A stretch of DNA of 31,782 nucleotides from Candidatus Scalinduaceae bacterium (GCA_046759445.1 JBHICG010000038.1:1-31782), one strand, 5' to 3'. Positions 16,888 through 26,836 are shown, counted from the stretch's first letter. Numbers and translations are program-made. Notes: generated by a model from the letters alone, not told the origin.

Positions 16888-18084
16888 ATGAAATTTTGCA
16901 TCATAATTCCTGATGGAATGGCAGATTATAGACTTGAAAAGCTTGGTGGGAGGACACCACTGGAGGCGGCCCGAACTCCAAATTTAGATAACATATCATA
17001 TAATGGAATTTTGGGGCTTGTTAATACCGTACCAAAAGGGTTTATGCCTGGGAGCGATATTGCGTGTCTTTCTGTATTAGGTTACAACCCGGAGGTTTAC
17101 TATACTGGACGTGCACCGCTTGAAGCCGCAAGTTTAGGAATCAACTTAAATGAACAAGACTGGGCTATCCGTTGCAATTTAATAACAGTAAACGATGATA
17201 TTTTGGAAGACTTTAGCGCCGGGCACATCTCTGATAATGAGGCCAGGTTAATCATATCAACATTAAATGAAAGATTAGGAAACAATACAATAAGATTCCA
17301 TCCTGGTAAGAGTTATCGAAATATAATGATTTATAATGGAAATATCAGGATAGAAGCTGATTGTATTCCTCCACACGACATCACAGGTAAACCAATCAAG
17401 TCTAATTTACCAAAAGGAAAGGGTAGTGAAATATTAATAGATTTAATGAAGAGTTCGTATGATGTACTCGTAAATCATGATGTAAACAAAGTACGAATCG
17501 ACCTTGGCGAAAACCCTGCTAATATGATTTGGTTGTGGGGACAAGGGCAACGTCCCACTATACCACCTTTTAAAGAACTATACGGAGTTTCGGGGGCAGT
17601 CATAACAGGGGTAGATTTACTAAAGGGAATAGCAACATATCTTGGCTGGGACATCATAAAAGTGCCTGGCGCCACAGCGTATTTTGATACAGACTATGAG
17701 GCCAAGGCGCAAAATGCAATTGAAGCAATAGAAACGCACGATATGGTATTGATACATATAGAATCACCAGATGAGGCGGGTCATGAAGGAAATGTTCATG
17801 AAAAGATTAGGGCTATTGAAAATGTTGACAGTAAAATTATAGGTCCTGTTTACAATGCACTAAAAAAGCGTAATCGATTTCGTATGCTTGTTCTCCCTGA
17901 CCATTATACGCCAATAGAGAGAAGAACACATTCTTCTGAGTCGGTACCTTTTACCATTTACGGTACTGATTCGGGCGAGATTAGCAGGCTTTCTTTTACG
18001 GAATCTAACGCAAGTAAAACCGGTGTCAAGGTAAAAAAGGGATATAAATTGATGAAATATTTTATTGAGGGTAACATACTGTGA
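16888..18084 (+). CDS. apgM: Cofactor-independent phosphoglycerate mutase-like protein (ApgM / alkaline-phosphatase superfamily); candidate homoserine kinase
   Basis: PDGMAD, TPLEAARTPNLD, PGSDIA, YTGRAPLEAA, ESPDEAGH and PDHYTP motifs; starts 10 nt after hom. Confidence 0.85.
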   Translation: MKFCIIIPDGMADYRLEKLGGRTPLEAARTPNLDNISYNGILGLVNTVPKGFMPGSDIACLSVLGYNPEVYYTGRAPLEAASLGINLNEQDWAIRCNLITVNDDILEDFSAGHISDNEARLIISTLNERLGNNTIRFHPGKSYRNIMIYNGNIRIEADCIPPHDITGKPIKSNLPKGKGSEILIDLMKSSYDVLVNHDVNKVRIDLGENPANMIWLWGQGQRPTIPPFKELYGVSGAVITGVDLLKGIATYLGWDIIKVPGATAYFDTDYEAKAQNAIEAIETHDMVLIHIESPDEAGHEGNVHEKIRAIENVDSKIIGPVYNALKKRNRFRMLVLPDHYTPIERRTHSSESVPFTIYGTDSGEISRLSFTESNASKTGVKVKKGYKLMKYFIEGNIL

Positions 18085-18258
18085 CATGCTAAAGTATTAG
18101 ATTTATGGATGGCTTTTTGTTATAAAGATTGCTATTATATTTTTACCAAAATATGTTCGTTTGAATACATACTTAATCTTTAAACATACAAATGAATTAG
18201 GTGAAAGTGTTTAGTAAGAGATTCACTTTATTAATTATAATCTATAAAAGGAAGAGAT

Positions 18259-19509
18259 ATGGATAAGAAAGGTAGAGACAAGAAGGATAAAAACATGTCA
18301 TGCTCTTTTTGCGGTAGGAATTATAATGTCGTCAAAAGATTAATACAGGGTGACCGCAACGTGTATATTTGTAATGAATGTGTTGACGCTTGCTATACTC
18401 TTATGCAGAAAGAAAAAAAAAGGGCTTCTAAGTCTCTCTCAAAAAAGATACCGATACCTGCATATATTAAGAAACGTTTGGATGAGTATGTTATAGGGCA
18501 GGAAAAGGCAAAAAAAATCTTGGCTGTAGCTGTGCATAACCACTATAAAAGGTTGGTTTCTGATGTGATGGATGATGATGTAGAACTTGAAAAGAGTAAC
18601 ATCCTTCTCATAGGACCCACTGGCTCAGGTAAGACTTTATTAGCACGAGTACTTGCAAAGCTTCTTGACGTGCCTTTTGCAATAGCTGATGCGACTACAT
18701 TTACAGAAGCAGGTTACGTTGGTGAAGACGTAGAAAATGTACTTTTAAGATTGCTTAGAAATGCGGATTTTGATGTGGCTCGTGCGCAACAGGGAATCGT
18801 TTATATAGACGAAATAGACAAAATTGCCAGAAAAGGGCCAAATGCATCGATAACAAGAGACGTATCTGGTGAAGGAGTACAGCAGGCGCTACTAAAGATG
18901 TTTGAGCATTCTGTTATTAATGTGCCACCCCAGGGGGGTAGAAAACATCCAGAACAACAATATATACAAATAGATACTAAGGACATTCTTTTTATCTGTG
19001 GTGGAACGTTTAGCGGCATAGAGGAGATAATAAGAAGAAGGATTGGTAAAAGGGTAATAGGATTTGATGCGAAGACTGATCTTTCAGAAGAGATATCGAT
19101 AGGTGAAATTATAGTAGAAGTTAAAATGGATGACTTAATAGAATATGGTTTGTTACACGAGTTTGTAGGTAGACTTCACGTATTTTCAACACTGATGCCG
19201 CTTGACCAGGAAGATTTGATAAAAATTATGCTAGAGCCTAAGAATGCCATAGTTAAGCAGTATCAAAAAATATTTGAGATGGAAAATGCGATCTTAGAAT
19301 TTCCAAGAGAGACGCTCCTGGAAATAGGTAAAAAAGCTTTGAAACGTAAGACCGGGGCAAGGGCATTACGTTCGATATTTGAAGATTTTATGTTGGAAGT
19401 TATGTATGACTTGCCTTCAAGCGAAAAGGGTTCAGTTTACGTTGTTACTCCAGAAGTAGTAATTGGGAAAAGGCGCCTTGAACCGAGAAAGCTTCGCAAG
19501 AGTGCATAA
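18259..19509 (+). CDS. clpX: ATP-dependent Clp protease ATP-binding subunit ClpX
   Basis: Zinc-binding CSFC...CNEC, Walker [42 protein letters not shown] loop, TGARALR. Confidence 0.95.
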   Translation: MDKKGRDKKDKNMSCSFCGRNYNVVKRLIQGDRNVYICNECVDACYTLMQKEKKRASKSLSKKIPIPAYIKKRLDEYVIGQEKAKKILAVAVHNHYKRLVSDVMDDDVELEKSNILLIGPTGSGKTLLARVLAKLLDVPFAIADATTFTEAGYVGEDVENVLLRLLRNADFDVARAQQGIVYIDEIDKIARKGPNASITRDVSGEGVQQALLKMFEHSVINVPPQGGRKHPEQQYIQIDTKDILFICGGTFSGIEEIIRRRIGKRVIGFDAKTDLSEEISIGEIIVEVKMDDLIEYGLLHEFVGRLHVFSTLMPLDQEDLIKIMLEPKNAIVKQYQKIFEMENAILEFPRETLLEIGKKALKRKTGARALRSIFEDFMLEVMYDLPSSEKGSVYVVTPEVVIGKRRLEPRKLRKSA

Positions 19510-19624
19510 ACAAATTGGATAAAAGTTTTAAAAATATTTAACCTCCATTACCACCGAGAACATTATATTTTACATATCATTCTTCACCTTCGAGGCTCTG
19601 TTATAATTCTGTAAATGGGCATTT

Positions 19625-19736
19625 TGTAATTCTGAACCCTTCGCCTAAGGCAATCTCCGATTGCACTGTCATCTCTGAGGAACGAAGTGACGAAGAATCT
19701 CATACTTCCGGCTCAGAGCTTACTCTTCAGGATACA
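19625..19736. repeat. Nested GTCA-type palindromic repeat cluster between convergent genes
   Basis: TGTAATTCTGAACCCTTCG...[TAAGGCAATCTCCGATTGC][TGTCATCTCTGAGGAACGAAGTGACGAAGAATCTC]...GCTCAGAG...TTCAGGATACA. Confidence 0.65.
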
Positions 19737-19775
19737 TATACATCACTGTAAACTACTTTATGCTCTCAGTAGTAA

Positions 19776-21409
19776 TCAAGCATTTAGGTGGTAATATGAG
19801 GGGAGTGTAGCAATTCTTTTGTCTTCTACGGCTGCTCCAACGGTAAAATGGTAAAGGCTTTGAAAAGAATTTTCAGTAAAACCTAAGATTTCGTGTACCA
19901 TATCATCGTAGAAACACCCAATTCCAGTACCCCTGACTGAATGCGCCTCTGCCTCCAGATATAGAACCTGACCAATCATCCCTGTTTCCCAGAATAGATG
20001 ATGATACAAATATGGTGCTTTTTCGACATTTTCTCTAAATTTCGCAATCATACCCAGCGAAAACACTCCATCCCCAGCAATTTCTTGCTGGCAACTGACT
20101 GTCTTTGCTCTGTTGTGAAAGTCACCCCTTTTTAAAAAATAGATAAAGAGTTTATCAGGTGCTCCTTTTATTCTCTCCCATAAAAAATCATGATGAGTTT
20201 TCCCTTTGATTTCTTCAAAATCCTTTTCGTTGCGTATCAAAAAATACAGTCCAGGTTCTAAGTCTGAGACTCGATGTACAAATAAAAGAAGGTGTATAGA
20301 AGTTCTACCAAGTTCTAGATCAAATGGGGCACAGTGGTTTCTCGGGATTGTTTTATCTAAAATAGAGAGGAACTGCTCTTTAGTAATAGGTGTTTTTCCA
20401 TCATAAGCAAGAGCGCTTCTTCTCTGTCGAATTATTTCAATTCCACTTTTTTGGGGGGCTTGCCTTTGAAAGAAATCATAGTCATCGTACACATACGCCG
20501 CTTCATCTGTCTTAGGTTTTTGTGTCCACGAGGCAACGTTATCTATAATATCCCAATCAACGTGTTCTTTACTTAAGTCATTCGGTTTTCCTTTAAATGT
20601 AAGAGTTTCAAAGTATGAGATGATATCTGGAGGAAGGGAACGAGGAATGTTTTCACCTGTATTTTTGTAGATAAAGAATAAGAGATCGGGATGTTCTTCT
20701 TCAAATTTTGTCCATTCTGTTTGTCTTAATCCCAAAAGGTTTCTGTTTCGCGATCTGACAAGGTATTTAGATAAATAATCTTCCATCCCAAAAGATTTGC
20801 AGAAAAACTCAGACATGCCATTGCATGTCCAACATCATGATTACAATAGCGAAATGCCCGTTCTCCGTATTTCCAGGATTCTCTCCAGTAGATACTGCTT
20901 AAACCTATAAGGAAACCGTCTCTTTTAAAATGTTTTTTTACCTTGGTCCACAAATCTTCCTTAAACATTGCCCTTACTTCCAGTGCGTGGAGGTAGGGAT
21001 TATAATGGCAAACACAACCCTGATTATTATTTTCCGGGATTGGTGGCAAGATAAGGTGAGATTCTGTTGGATGGAGGTTTCCGCTTGAGGGGTTAATTCG
21101 AAGTGACCAGGAATTTCCTGGTATCGATTTCCACGCAGATAATCCCAAAGACAGTTCCAGAAAGGTGGCTATGTTTTGCATAGAAAACATGTGAAAATTG
21201 TTCTTTTTTCTTTCATACAAGCAGGAATAATCTGCATCCAGATGTTTTTCCAGGAAAGGCAACTTTAAAATTCTTGTGCCTTCGTAAAACCTAAAAGGGT
21301 TTGGTTGATTTTCCCAATCAAGAAATCCAGATGATCTTGCATACCTATTGGGATAGTGTTTTGTCTCTTCGTGATAGCGTATGGTGTTTTTGGAATTATT
21401 GTTTTCCAT
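19776..21409 (-). pseudogene. SagB/ThcOx-type nitroreductase-family protein split by a frameshift near 20725-20740 (pseudogene or sequence error)
   Basis: ORF 20726..21412 carries YHEETKH, LDWENQP, LRINPSSGNLHPTE and WRESWKYGERAFRYC; ORF 19776..20816 continues with IRQRRSA, ETGMIGQVLYLEAE and GTGIGCFYDD. The two halves join at ...ETET / LLGL... by a one-base shift. Confidence 0.82.
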
Positions 21410-21495
21410 CAAAATATGAAAAATTTATCGTATGGAGGAGCAAAATCTAGTGACTTAGTACTACATTTCATAAATACGGTTACGTATTTTAACTG

Positions 21496-21523
21496 TCATT
21501 ATATTGAGACTCTTCACTTCGTT
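21496..21523 (-). repeat. GTCA-type palindromic repeat half (coordinates approximate; motif reads to about 21533)
   Basis: Minus strand TGTCACTCTGAACGAAGTGAAGAGTCTC, related to the motif at 19667-19701. Confidence 0.55.
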
Positions 21524-21579
21524 CAGAGTGACAGACACTGTCATTTCTTATTGTCGTATTAGACCTTCTACCGTCCATA

Positions 21580-22134
21580 TTACTCAATACCAACAACCTT
21601 TATATCGAATGTAAGATCCTTTCCAGCCAGGAAGTGATTGCCGTCAACAATTATGTCACTCTCATTTATGTCTATTATAGTTCCCGGTATTGGTTGCCCT
21701 GAAGGTCCCTTTAGTTGTAAAAGCATACCTTTTTTAGGTTCAAAACCTTCAGGCAAATTGGCTCTTCTGAATTTCATTATTAAGCCTTCATTTCTATCTC
21801 CATATGCGTCTTCCGGCTTTATGGTTACCTTCTTTTCTTCATTCAATTTCATTCCTTGTACGGCTCTATCAAATCCGCTTATCATTTGTCCGCTTCCAAC
21901 CGTAAATTCTAATGGTTTTCCTTCTTTTGATTTGTCGAATACAGTGCCATCATCTAGACTTCCCGTGTAATGGACTTTGACCTTGTCTCCCTTTTCAACT
22001 ATAGTCTTTGTACCTTCTTTTTCGTTTGCGTTAACGTTGCTTAGATATCCATTAATTAAGACCAATTCCAATATTAAAAATAAACTCAAACTAACTTTCA
22101 TCAATGTTTTTAACTTTACAACTTTCTTCCTCAT
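21580..22134 (-). CDS. FKBP-type peptidyl-prolyl cis-trans isomerase (SlyD/SlpA-like) with N-terminal signal peptide
   Basis: VKVHYTGSLDDGTVFD, GQMISGFD, PEDAYG, DGNHFLAGKDLTF; basic then hydrophobic N-terminus ending VNA. Confidence 0.92.
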   Translation of the reverse strand: MRKKVVKLKTLMKVSLSLFLILELVLINGYLSNVNANEKEGTKTIVEKGDKVKVHYTGSLDDGTVFDKSKEGKPLEFTVGSGQMISGFDRAVQGMKLNEEKKVTIKPEDAYGDRNEGLIMKFRRANLPEGFEPKKGMLLQLKGPSGQPIPGTIIDINESDIIVDGNHFLAGKDLTFDIKVVGIE

Positions 22135-22187
22135 TTTATCTCCTTCCTTTAAAAAGTTTGTAAAAAATCAATACAAATTAAATTAAT

Positions 22188-22216
22188 ATAATAATCAATT
22201 GTTTACTAATACGCAA
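22188..22216 (-). promoter_or_regulatory. Putative sigma70 promoter for the FKBP gene
   Basis: Minus strand TTGCGT-N17-TATTAT. Confidence 0.4.
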
Positions 22217-22371
22217 GATTACAACAAATCCTTTCTTCTTAATAGGTAATCTACATTGTGAATAACGATTTGAGAATAATAGTAAAACTTTAGAACATAT
22301 AATATATATTGAAATGTTTGAAAATATGGAGGTTATATGTGACTTAAAAGATTATTTTGTAAACTAAGCAA

Positions 22372-24207
22372 TTATCTTATGGAGTTTCGAAATGTGCTTT
22401 TGATGAAGGTTTTTGTTAGAAAGATTGAAAGATGGTACATTGATGCAAGGAAATTCCTGTTCATGGCAAGTGTTAGAAAGATTATGGGTTTCTTTATCCT
22501 GTTCGCCCTTGCTATATCGTATCTGCTGGAGAGGGCAACTATCCTTTTGAGAGGTAAATGTTCCTCAAAATTTAAGATGTCATCCAGATAGAAACAGATA
22601 CATCTATAACCTCTTTCCTTTTTACTATCCGTTATTGATAGGTTTGCTAGACTTCCATTCAGCGTAAGTTTAAAATCAATGCTCTTACCTTCTGAATGAC
22701 AGAACCTGAATATAATTTTCTTACCAAGACTTTTTAATATCTTGGAGTCTCTGAATTTGGCGTCTTTTATGTCACCTCCCACAAGGGCATGTAGATATTC
22801 AAACATATAGTCTTTTAAATCGTTAAGGCTGTTCCTATCATCATTTTTTTCGATAACGGCTACATTTATTAAACGATAGATTGCTTCAAGAACCGTACCC
22901 ATTATTGAGCGCTGTCGGTTAGATGAGTCTATACCATAAAATTTTCCATTACAATATGCCAGCATCTTTTTTAGTGTCTTCAAGTCTATCTTATTGGGTT
23001 CTACCACAGTCCCAAAATTATTATACATATCCCATCTGTAACTGTTTATGGAGTTTTCATTTTTATATTCGTAGAATATTTGTGTCCCCGGGTAAGGGGT
23101 CATTACCATAAACACAGCCTGCTTCAAGCCAGCCGTCTTGGCGTATTCTGGATATCTCTTGATATCTTCTACTGTTTCATTTAGATGCCCAATTATAAAA
23201 TACCCCTGAACCTTTATTTTATAATCATTTAATATCTCAATGGCTTTCTCGCATGTCTTTGGAGTTGTCCCTTTCCTGATTTTTTTCAAGGTTTCAAGAT
23301 TCGGGCTTTCAATGCCAAGACTTACATGTCTGAGGCCAATGTCATGAAGTTTTTGCATTATTCTTTCTGCTCGTATGATGTCCGTGGTTCTGCTTTCCGT
23401 CCATATCTTGAAATTTGTCAAATTGTTCTCAAACATCAGGTCGACAATCTTCTCCATCCTGTCCACGTCAGTTAATACGTTTGCATCCCATATCTTCAGT
23501 ATCTTGCGCTTTTTGGTGGTGTGTATCATCTTCAGTTCTTCAATCACATTTAAGGGGCTTCTGTGTCGCCAGTTCTTGTTCACCATATCGTTTGAACAGA
23601 ACGAGCACTTTATCCTGCAACCCCTTGATGTGAATACGGTATCAAACAAATAATCAGCGCCTTTATTTCCGAACCGTTTTGGTCGTATTTCACGCAGTGG
23701 TTGTGGAAGTACGTCAAGGTCTGCAATAACATCTCTATCAGGATTGTGAATGATATTGCCGTTGTCTTTGAAAGATAAACCCTGAACGCCTTCTGATGGG
23801 CCATCATTCACAAGTTCCTTAAAGGTAAATTCTCCCTCTCCTCTAATTACGGCATCAACGTAAGGAGATTTAAGTACTTCATCTGGTAGCGCTGTAGGAT
23901 GATATCCTCCCAAAACCACGTATAAATTATGTTCTTTAGCTATCTTTGCATATTCTAAGGCATTAGTATATGCGCCCGTCATGGAGGAAATGCCTATCAT
24001 ATCGGAGGGATAAGTTCTCAGGTATCTTTTAAAGTCACGTAAGGGATTAGGTGCATATGTGTTTACGGGAATAGTTATGGAGTCTACAGCCTCCTTAACT
24101 ATTGCGGCAAGATAGCACACTTCGGTAATATCGGAAAGTATTAATCCGTAAGGTATATCTACCTTTTGGGGAGCCTTTAATAAGCAAACATTCTTAAAAT
24201 AACTCAT
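22372..24207 (-). CDS. Cobalamin-binding radical SAM protein with C-terminal extension
   Basis: B12-binding domain (IGISSM, VVLGGYHPT, VIRGEGE); SRGCRIKCSFC (CxxxCxxC); SLGIES; PYPGT; ATGA overlap with leuA. Confidence 0.9.
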   Translation of the reverse strand: MSYFKNVCLLKAPQKVDIPYGLILSDITEVCYLAAIVKEAVDSITIPVNTYAPNPLRDFKRYLRTYPSDMIGISSMTGAYTNALEYAKIAKEHNLYVVLGGYHPTALPDEVLKSPYVDAVIRGEGEFTFKELVNDGPSEGVQGLSFKDNGNIIHNPDRDVIADLDVLPQPLREIRPKRFGNKGADYLFDTVFTSRGCRIKCSFCSNDMVNKNWRHRSPLNVIEELKMIHTTKKRKILKIWDANVLTDVDRMEKIVDLMFENNLTNFKIWTESRTTDIIRAERIMQKLHDIGLRHVSLGIESPNLETLKKIRKGTTPKTCEKAIEILNDYKIKVQGYFIIGHLNETVEDIKRYPEYAKTAGLKQAVFMVMTPYPGTQIFYEYKNENSINSYRWDMYNNFGTVVEPNKIDLKTLKKMLAYCNGKFYGIDSSNRQRSIMGTVLEAIYRLINVAVIEKNDDRNSLNDLKDYMFEYLHALVGGDIKDAKFRDSKILKSLGKKIIFRFCHSEGKSIDFKLTLNGSLANLSITDSKKERGYRCICFYLDDILNFEEHLPLKRIVALSSRYDIARANRIKKPIIFLTLAMNRNFLASMYHLSIFLTKTFIKSTFRNSIR

Positions 24208-25715
24208 TTTTTGCGATGTTTTATTGCAACTTTATTAATGACATTCAAATATGCCTTTGCGCTTGCTTCTATTGTGTCTGTACTCACGGCGCGGCCTCTA
24301 TAGCTATTGCCTTTAACTTCTACTTCTACGCTGGCTTCTCCCAGGGCATCCTTTCCACTTGTTACCGCTCTGACACTATAATCGAGGAGTATTCCTTTTA
24401 TTCCGGTTAGTAGATCGATTGTTTTAAAAATGGCGTCAATTGGCCCGTCACCTTTTGTTGAATCGGCTAATATTTTGTCCTTGCCTGCACGGAGTCTTAC
24501 ACTGGCAGTTGGTACCGGGCCGCAATTTATACTCAGGCTATCAAGTTCGTAAATATGCGGAACTTCTGATTTTTCATCCTGTATTAATGCTTCTATATCC
24601 TGATCATAGATTTCCTTTTTCTTGTCAGCCAGAAGTTTAAATTGCTGAAATGTATGTTCAAGTTCTTCATCAGGAAGATCATAACCAAGCGCCTTGACAC
24701 GTCTTTTGAATGCGTGTCTGCCGGAAAGTTTACCAAGGATAATTTTGGTCTTTGGCAGGCCGACTTCTTCCGGCCTCATAATCTCGTAAGTTGTCCTTTC
24801 TTTTAATATCCCGTCTTGATGCACACCGGATTCGTGTGCGAATGCATTTTCTCCTACTATTGCCTTATTCCTTTGTACCCATAATCCTGTTAAACCGCTA
24901 ACGATTTTGCTTGTGGCTATTATTTCATTTGTTCTTATGCGTGTGGTGTGTTTGAAAAAATCCTTTCTTGTTTTAATTGCCATGACAATTTCTTCCAGTG
25001 AGGCATTTCCTGCTCTTTCTCCAATACCGTTTATGGTACATTCTACCTGAGTTGCACCTGCCTTTACGGCTGCTAATGAATTAGCAACAGCCAAGCCAAG
25101 GTCATCATGGCAATGGACACTGATAACGGCTTTATTTATGTTTTTTACGTTATCTTTTAGATTTTTTATTATAGACGCATATTGTTCCGGTACTGAGTAT
25201 CCTACCGTGTCCGGTATATTTACGGTTTTTGCTCCGGCATCAATTACGGCCTCAACGACTTCTACAAGGAAATCTGGTTCTGTCCTTGATGCGTCCTCTG
25301 GGGAGAATTCTACATCATCAACATATTTACGTGCGTGTTTTACGCCTTTTACTGCGGTCTTTATGATTTCTTCCTTTGCTTTAATTAATTTATATTTTCT
25401 ATGAATCTCAGATGTTGCAAGAAAGACGTGAATCCTGGGAGACTCGGCAGATTTTAGCGCCTTTGCGGCACATTCTATATCTTTCTCGACTGCTCGCGAA
25501 AGTGCGGCAATACTTGCGCCTCGTATCTCCTTTGCAATTTTACTTACTGATTCGAAATCACCCTTTGATGTTATTGGGAATCCAGCTTCAATTACGTCAA
25601 CGTTCAATAAGGAGAGTTGTCTTGCTATCTGGAGCTTTTCTTTTATGTCCAGACTTGCGCCAGGAGATTGTTCCCCATCTCTTAAAGTGGTATCGAAAAT
25701 TATGATTCTTGCCAT
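24204..25715 (-). CDS. leuA: 2-isopropylmalate synthase
   Basis: FDTTLRDGEQSPG, HCHDDLG, NGIGERAGNA, AHESGVHQDG, LGKLSGRHA; regulatory domain GDGPIDA. Confidence 0.96.
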   Translation of the reverse strand: MARIIIFDTTLRDGEQSPGASLDIKEKLQIARQLSLLNVDVIEAGFPITSKGDFESVSKIAKEIRGASIAALSRAVEKDIECAAKALKSAESPRIHVFLATSEIHRKYKLIKAKEEIIKTAVKGVKHARKYVDDVEFSPEDASRTEPDFLVEVVEAVIDAGAKTVNIPDTVGYSVPEQYASIIKNLKDNVKNINKAVISVHCHDDLGLAVANSLAAVKAGATQVECTINGIGERAGNASLEEIVMAIKTRKDFFKHTTRIRTNEIIATSKIVSGLTGLWVQRNKAIVGENAFAHESGVHQDGILKERTTYEIMRPEEVGLPKTKIILGKLSGRHAFKRRVKALGYDLPDEELEHTFQQFKLLADKKKEIYDQDIEALIQDEKSEVPHIYELDSLSINCGPVPTASVRLRAGKDKILADSTKGDGPIDAIFKTIDLLTGIKGILLDYSVRAVTSGKDALGEASVEVEVKGNSYRGRAVSTDTIEASAKAYLNVINKVAIKHRKK

Positions 25716-25729
25716 GATTAAAAATATTG

Positions 25730-25833
25730 TTCACCACGGATATTCACAGAATTACACAGATTCATTTACTTGCCTGTAACTCATAAATAAGTTGATAAAT
25801 TTTCAGTGGTAATCCGTGTGTTTCTGTGGTGAA
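25730..25833. repeat. 104-bp inverted element with three 10-bp units per arm
   Basis: Left arm TTCAC-CACGGATATT-CACAGAATTA-CACAGATT; right arm reverse-complemented TTCAC-CACAGAAACA-CACGGATTAC-CACTGAAA. Confidence 0.75.
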
Positions 25834-25840
25834 GAGTTTC

Positions 25841-26836
25841 TCATTTTGCTTGTATCCATTTCATAAGCTTGCGTAGTTTTGCCCCAACTTTTTCAATCTG
25901 ATGATTTTTATCTTTTGTAACAAGTGCATTAAACATTGGGCGACCTGCTTTGTTTTCGAGTATCCATTCCTTGGCAAAACTGCCGTTTTGTATTTCGGAG
26001 AGTATTTTTTTCATCTCTTTTTTCGTCTTTTCGTTAATTATCCTTGGCCCCCTTGTCAGATCGCCGAATTCGGCTGTATTGCTGATTGAATGTCTCATGT
26101 ACGTTAAACCTCCCTGGTAGAACAAGTCTACTATGAGCTTAAGCTCATGCATACATTCAAAATATGCCAGTTCTGGTTGATAACCTGCCTCAACAAGTGT
26201 CTCGAATCCTGCCTTTACTAAAGCAGAAGCCCCACCGCACAAAACGGCCTGTTCACCAAAAAGGTCTGTTTCCGTTTCCTCTGCAAATGTAGTTTCAAGC
26301 ACACCCGCTCTTGTTCCACCGATACCTTTGGCATATGCCAGGGCGATCTTTTTTGCCTTCTTTGAATAATCCTGGTGAACGGCTAATAAACATGGCACAG
26401 CGCCGCCTTTAACGTATTCACTTCTGACCAGATGTCCGGGTCCCTTTGGAGCAACCATAATTACATCAACGCCTTTTGGAGGAACGATTTGGTCAAAGTG
26501 GATGTTAAAGCCATGAGAGAATAAGAGGGTTTTCCCTTTTTTTAGATGAGGCATAATTTCTGTCTTGTAGACGTCTGTTTGCAACTCATCAGGTATCAAT
26601 ACTGCGATTAGGTCACCCTGTTGTGATGCCTTATCGGCAGATACGGGCTTAAAGCCATGTTTAAGCGCTAAATCATAATTTAGAGAGCCCTTTCTCTGCG
26701 CAACTATAACTTTGAGACCACTGTCACGAAGGTTTTGCGCATGGGCGTGCCCCTGGCTACCGTAACCAATGATTGAAATCTTTTTACCTTTTAGCAAATT
26801 AAGATTAGCGTCTTTGTCTGTATATATCTTTACCAT
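25841..26836 (-). CDS. ilvC: Ketol-acid reductoisomerase
   Basis: [53 protein letters not shown]. Confidence 0.97.
   Translation of the reverse strand: MVKIYTDKDANLNLLKGKKISIIGYGSQGHAHAQNLRDSGLKVIVAQRKGSLNYDLALKHGFKPVSADKASQQGDLIAVLIPDELQTDVYKTEIMPHLKKGKTLLFSHGFNIHFDQIVPPKGVDVIMVAPKGPGHLVRSEYVKGGAVPCLLAVHQDYSKKAKKIALAYAKGIGGTRAGVLETTFAEETETDLFGEQAVLCGGASALVKAGFETLVEAGYQPELAYFECMHELKLIVDLFYQGGLTYMRHSISNTAEFGDLTRGPRIINEKTKKEMKKILSEIQNGSFAKEWILENKAGRPMFNALVTKDKNHQIEKVGAKLRKLMKWIQAK

Noticed and set aside
25716..25840. Leucine attenuator or T-box upstream of leuA
   Set aside because: No Leu-rich leader peptide or T-box motif; the space is occupied by the decamer inverted element.
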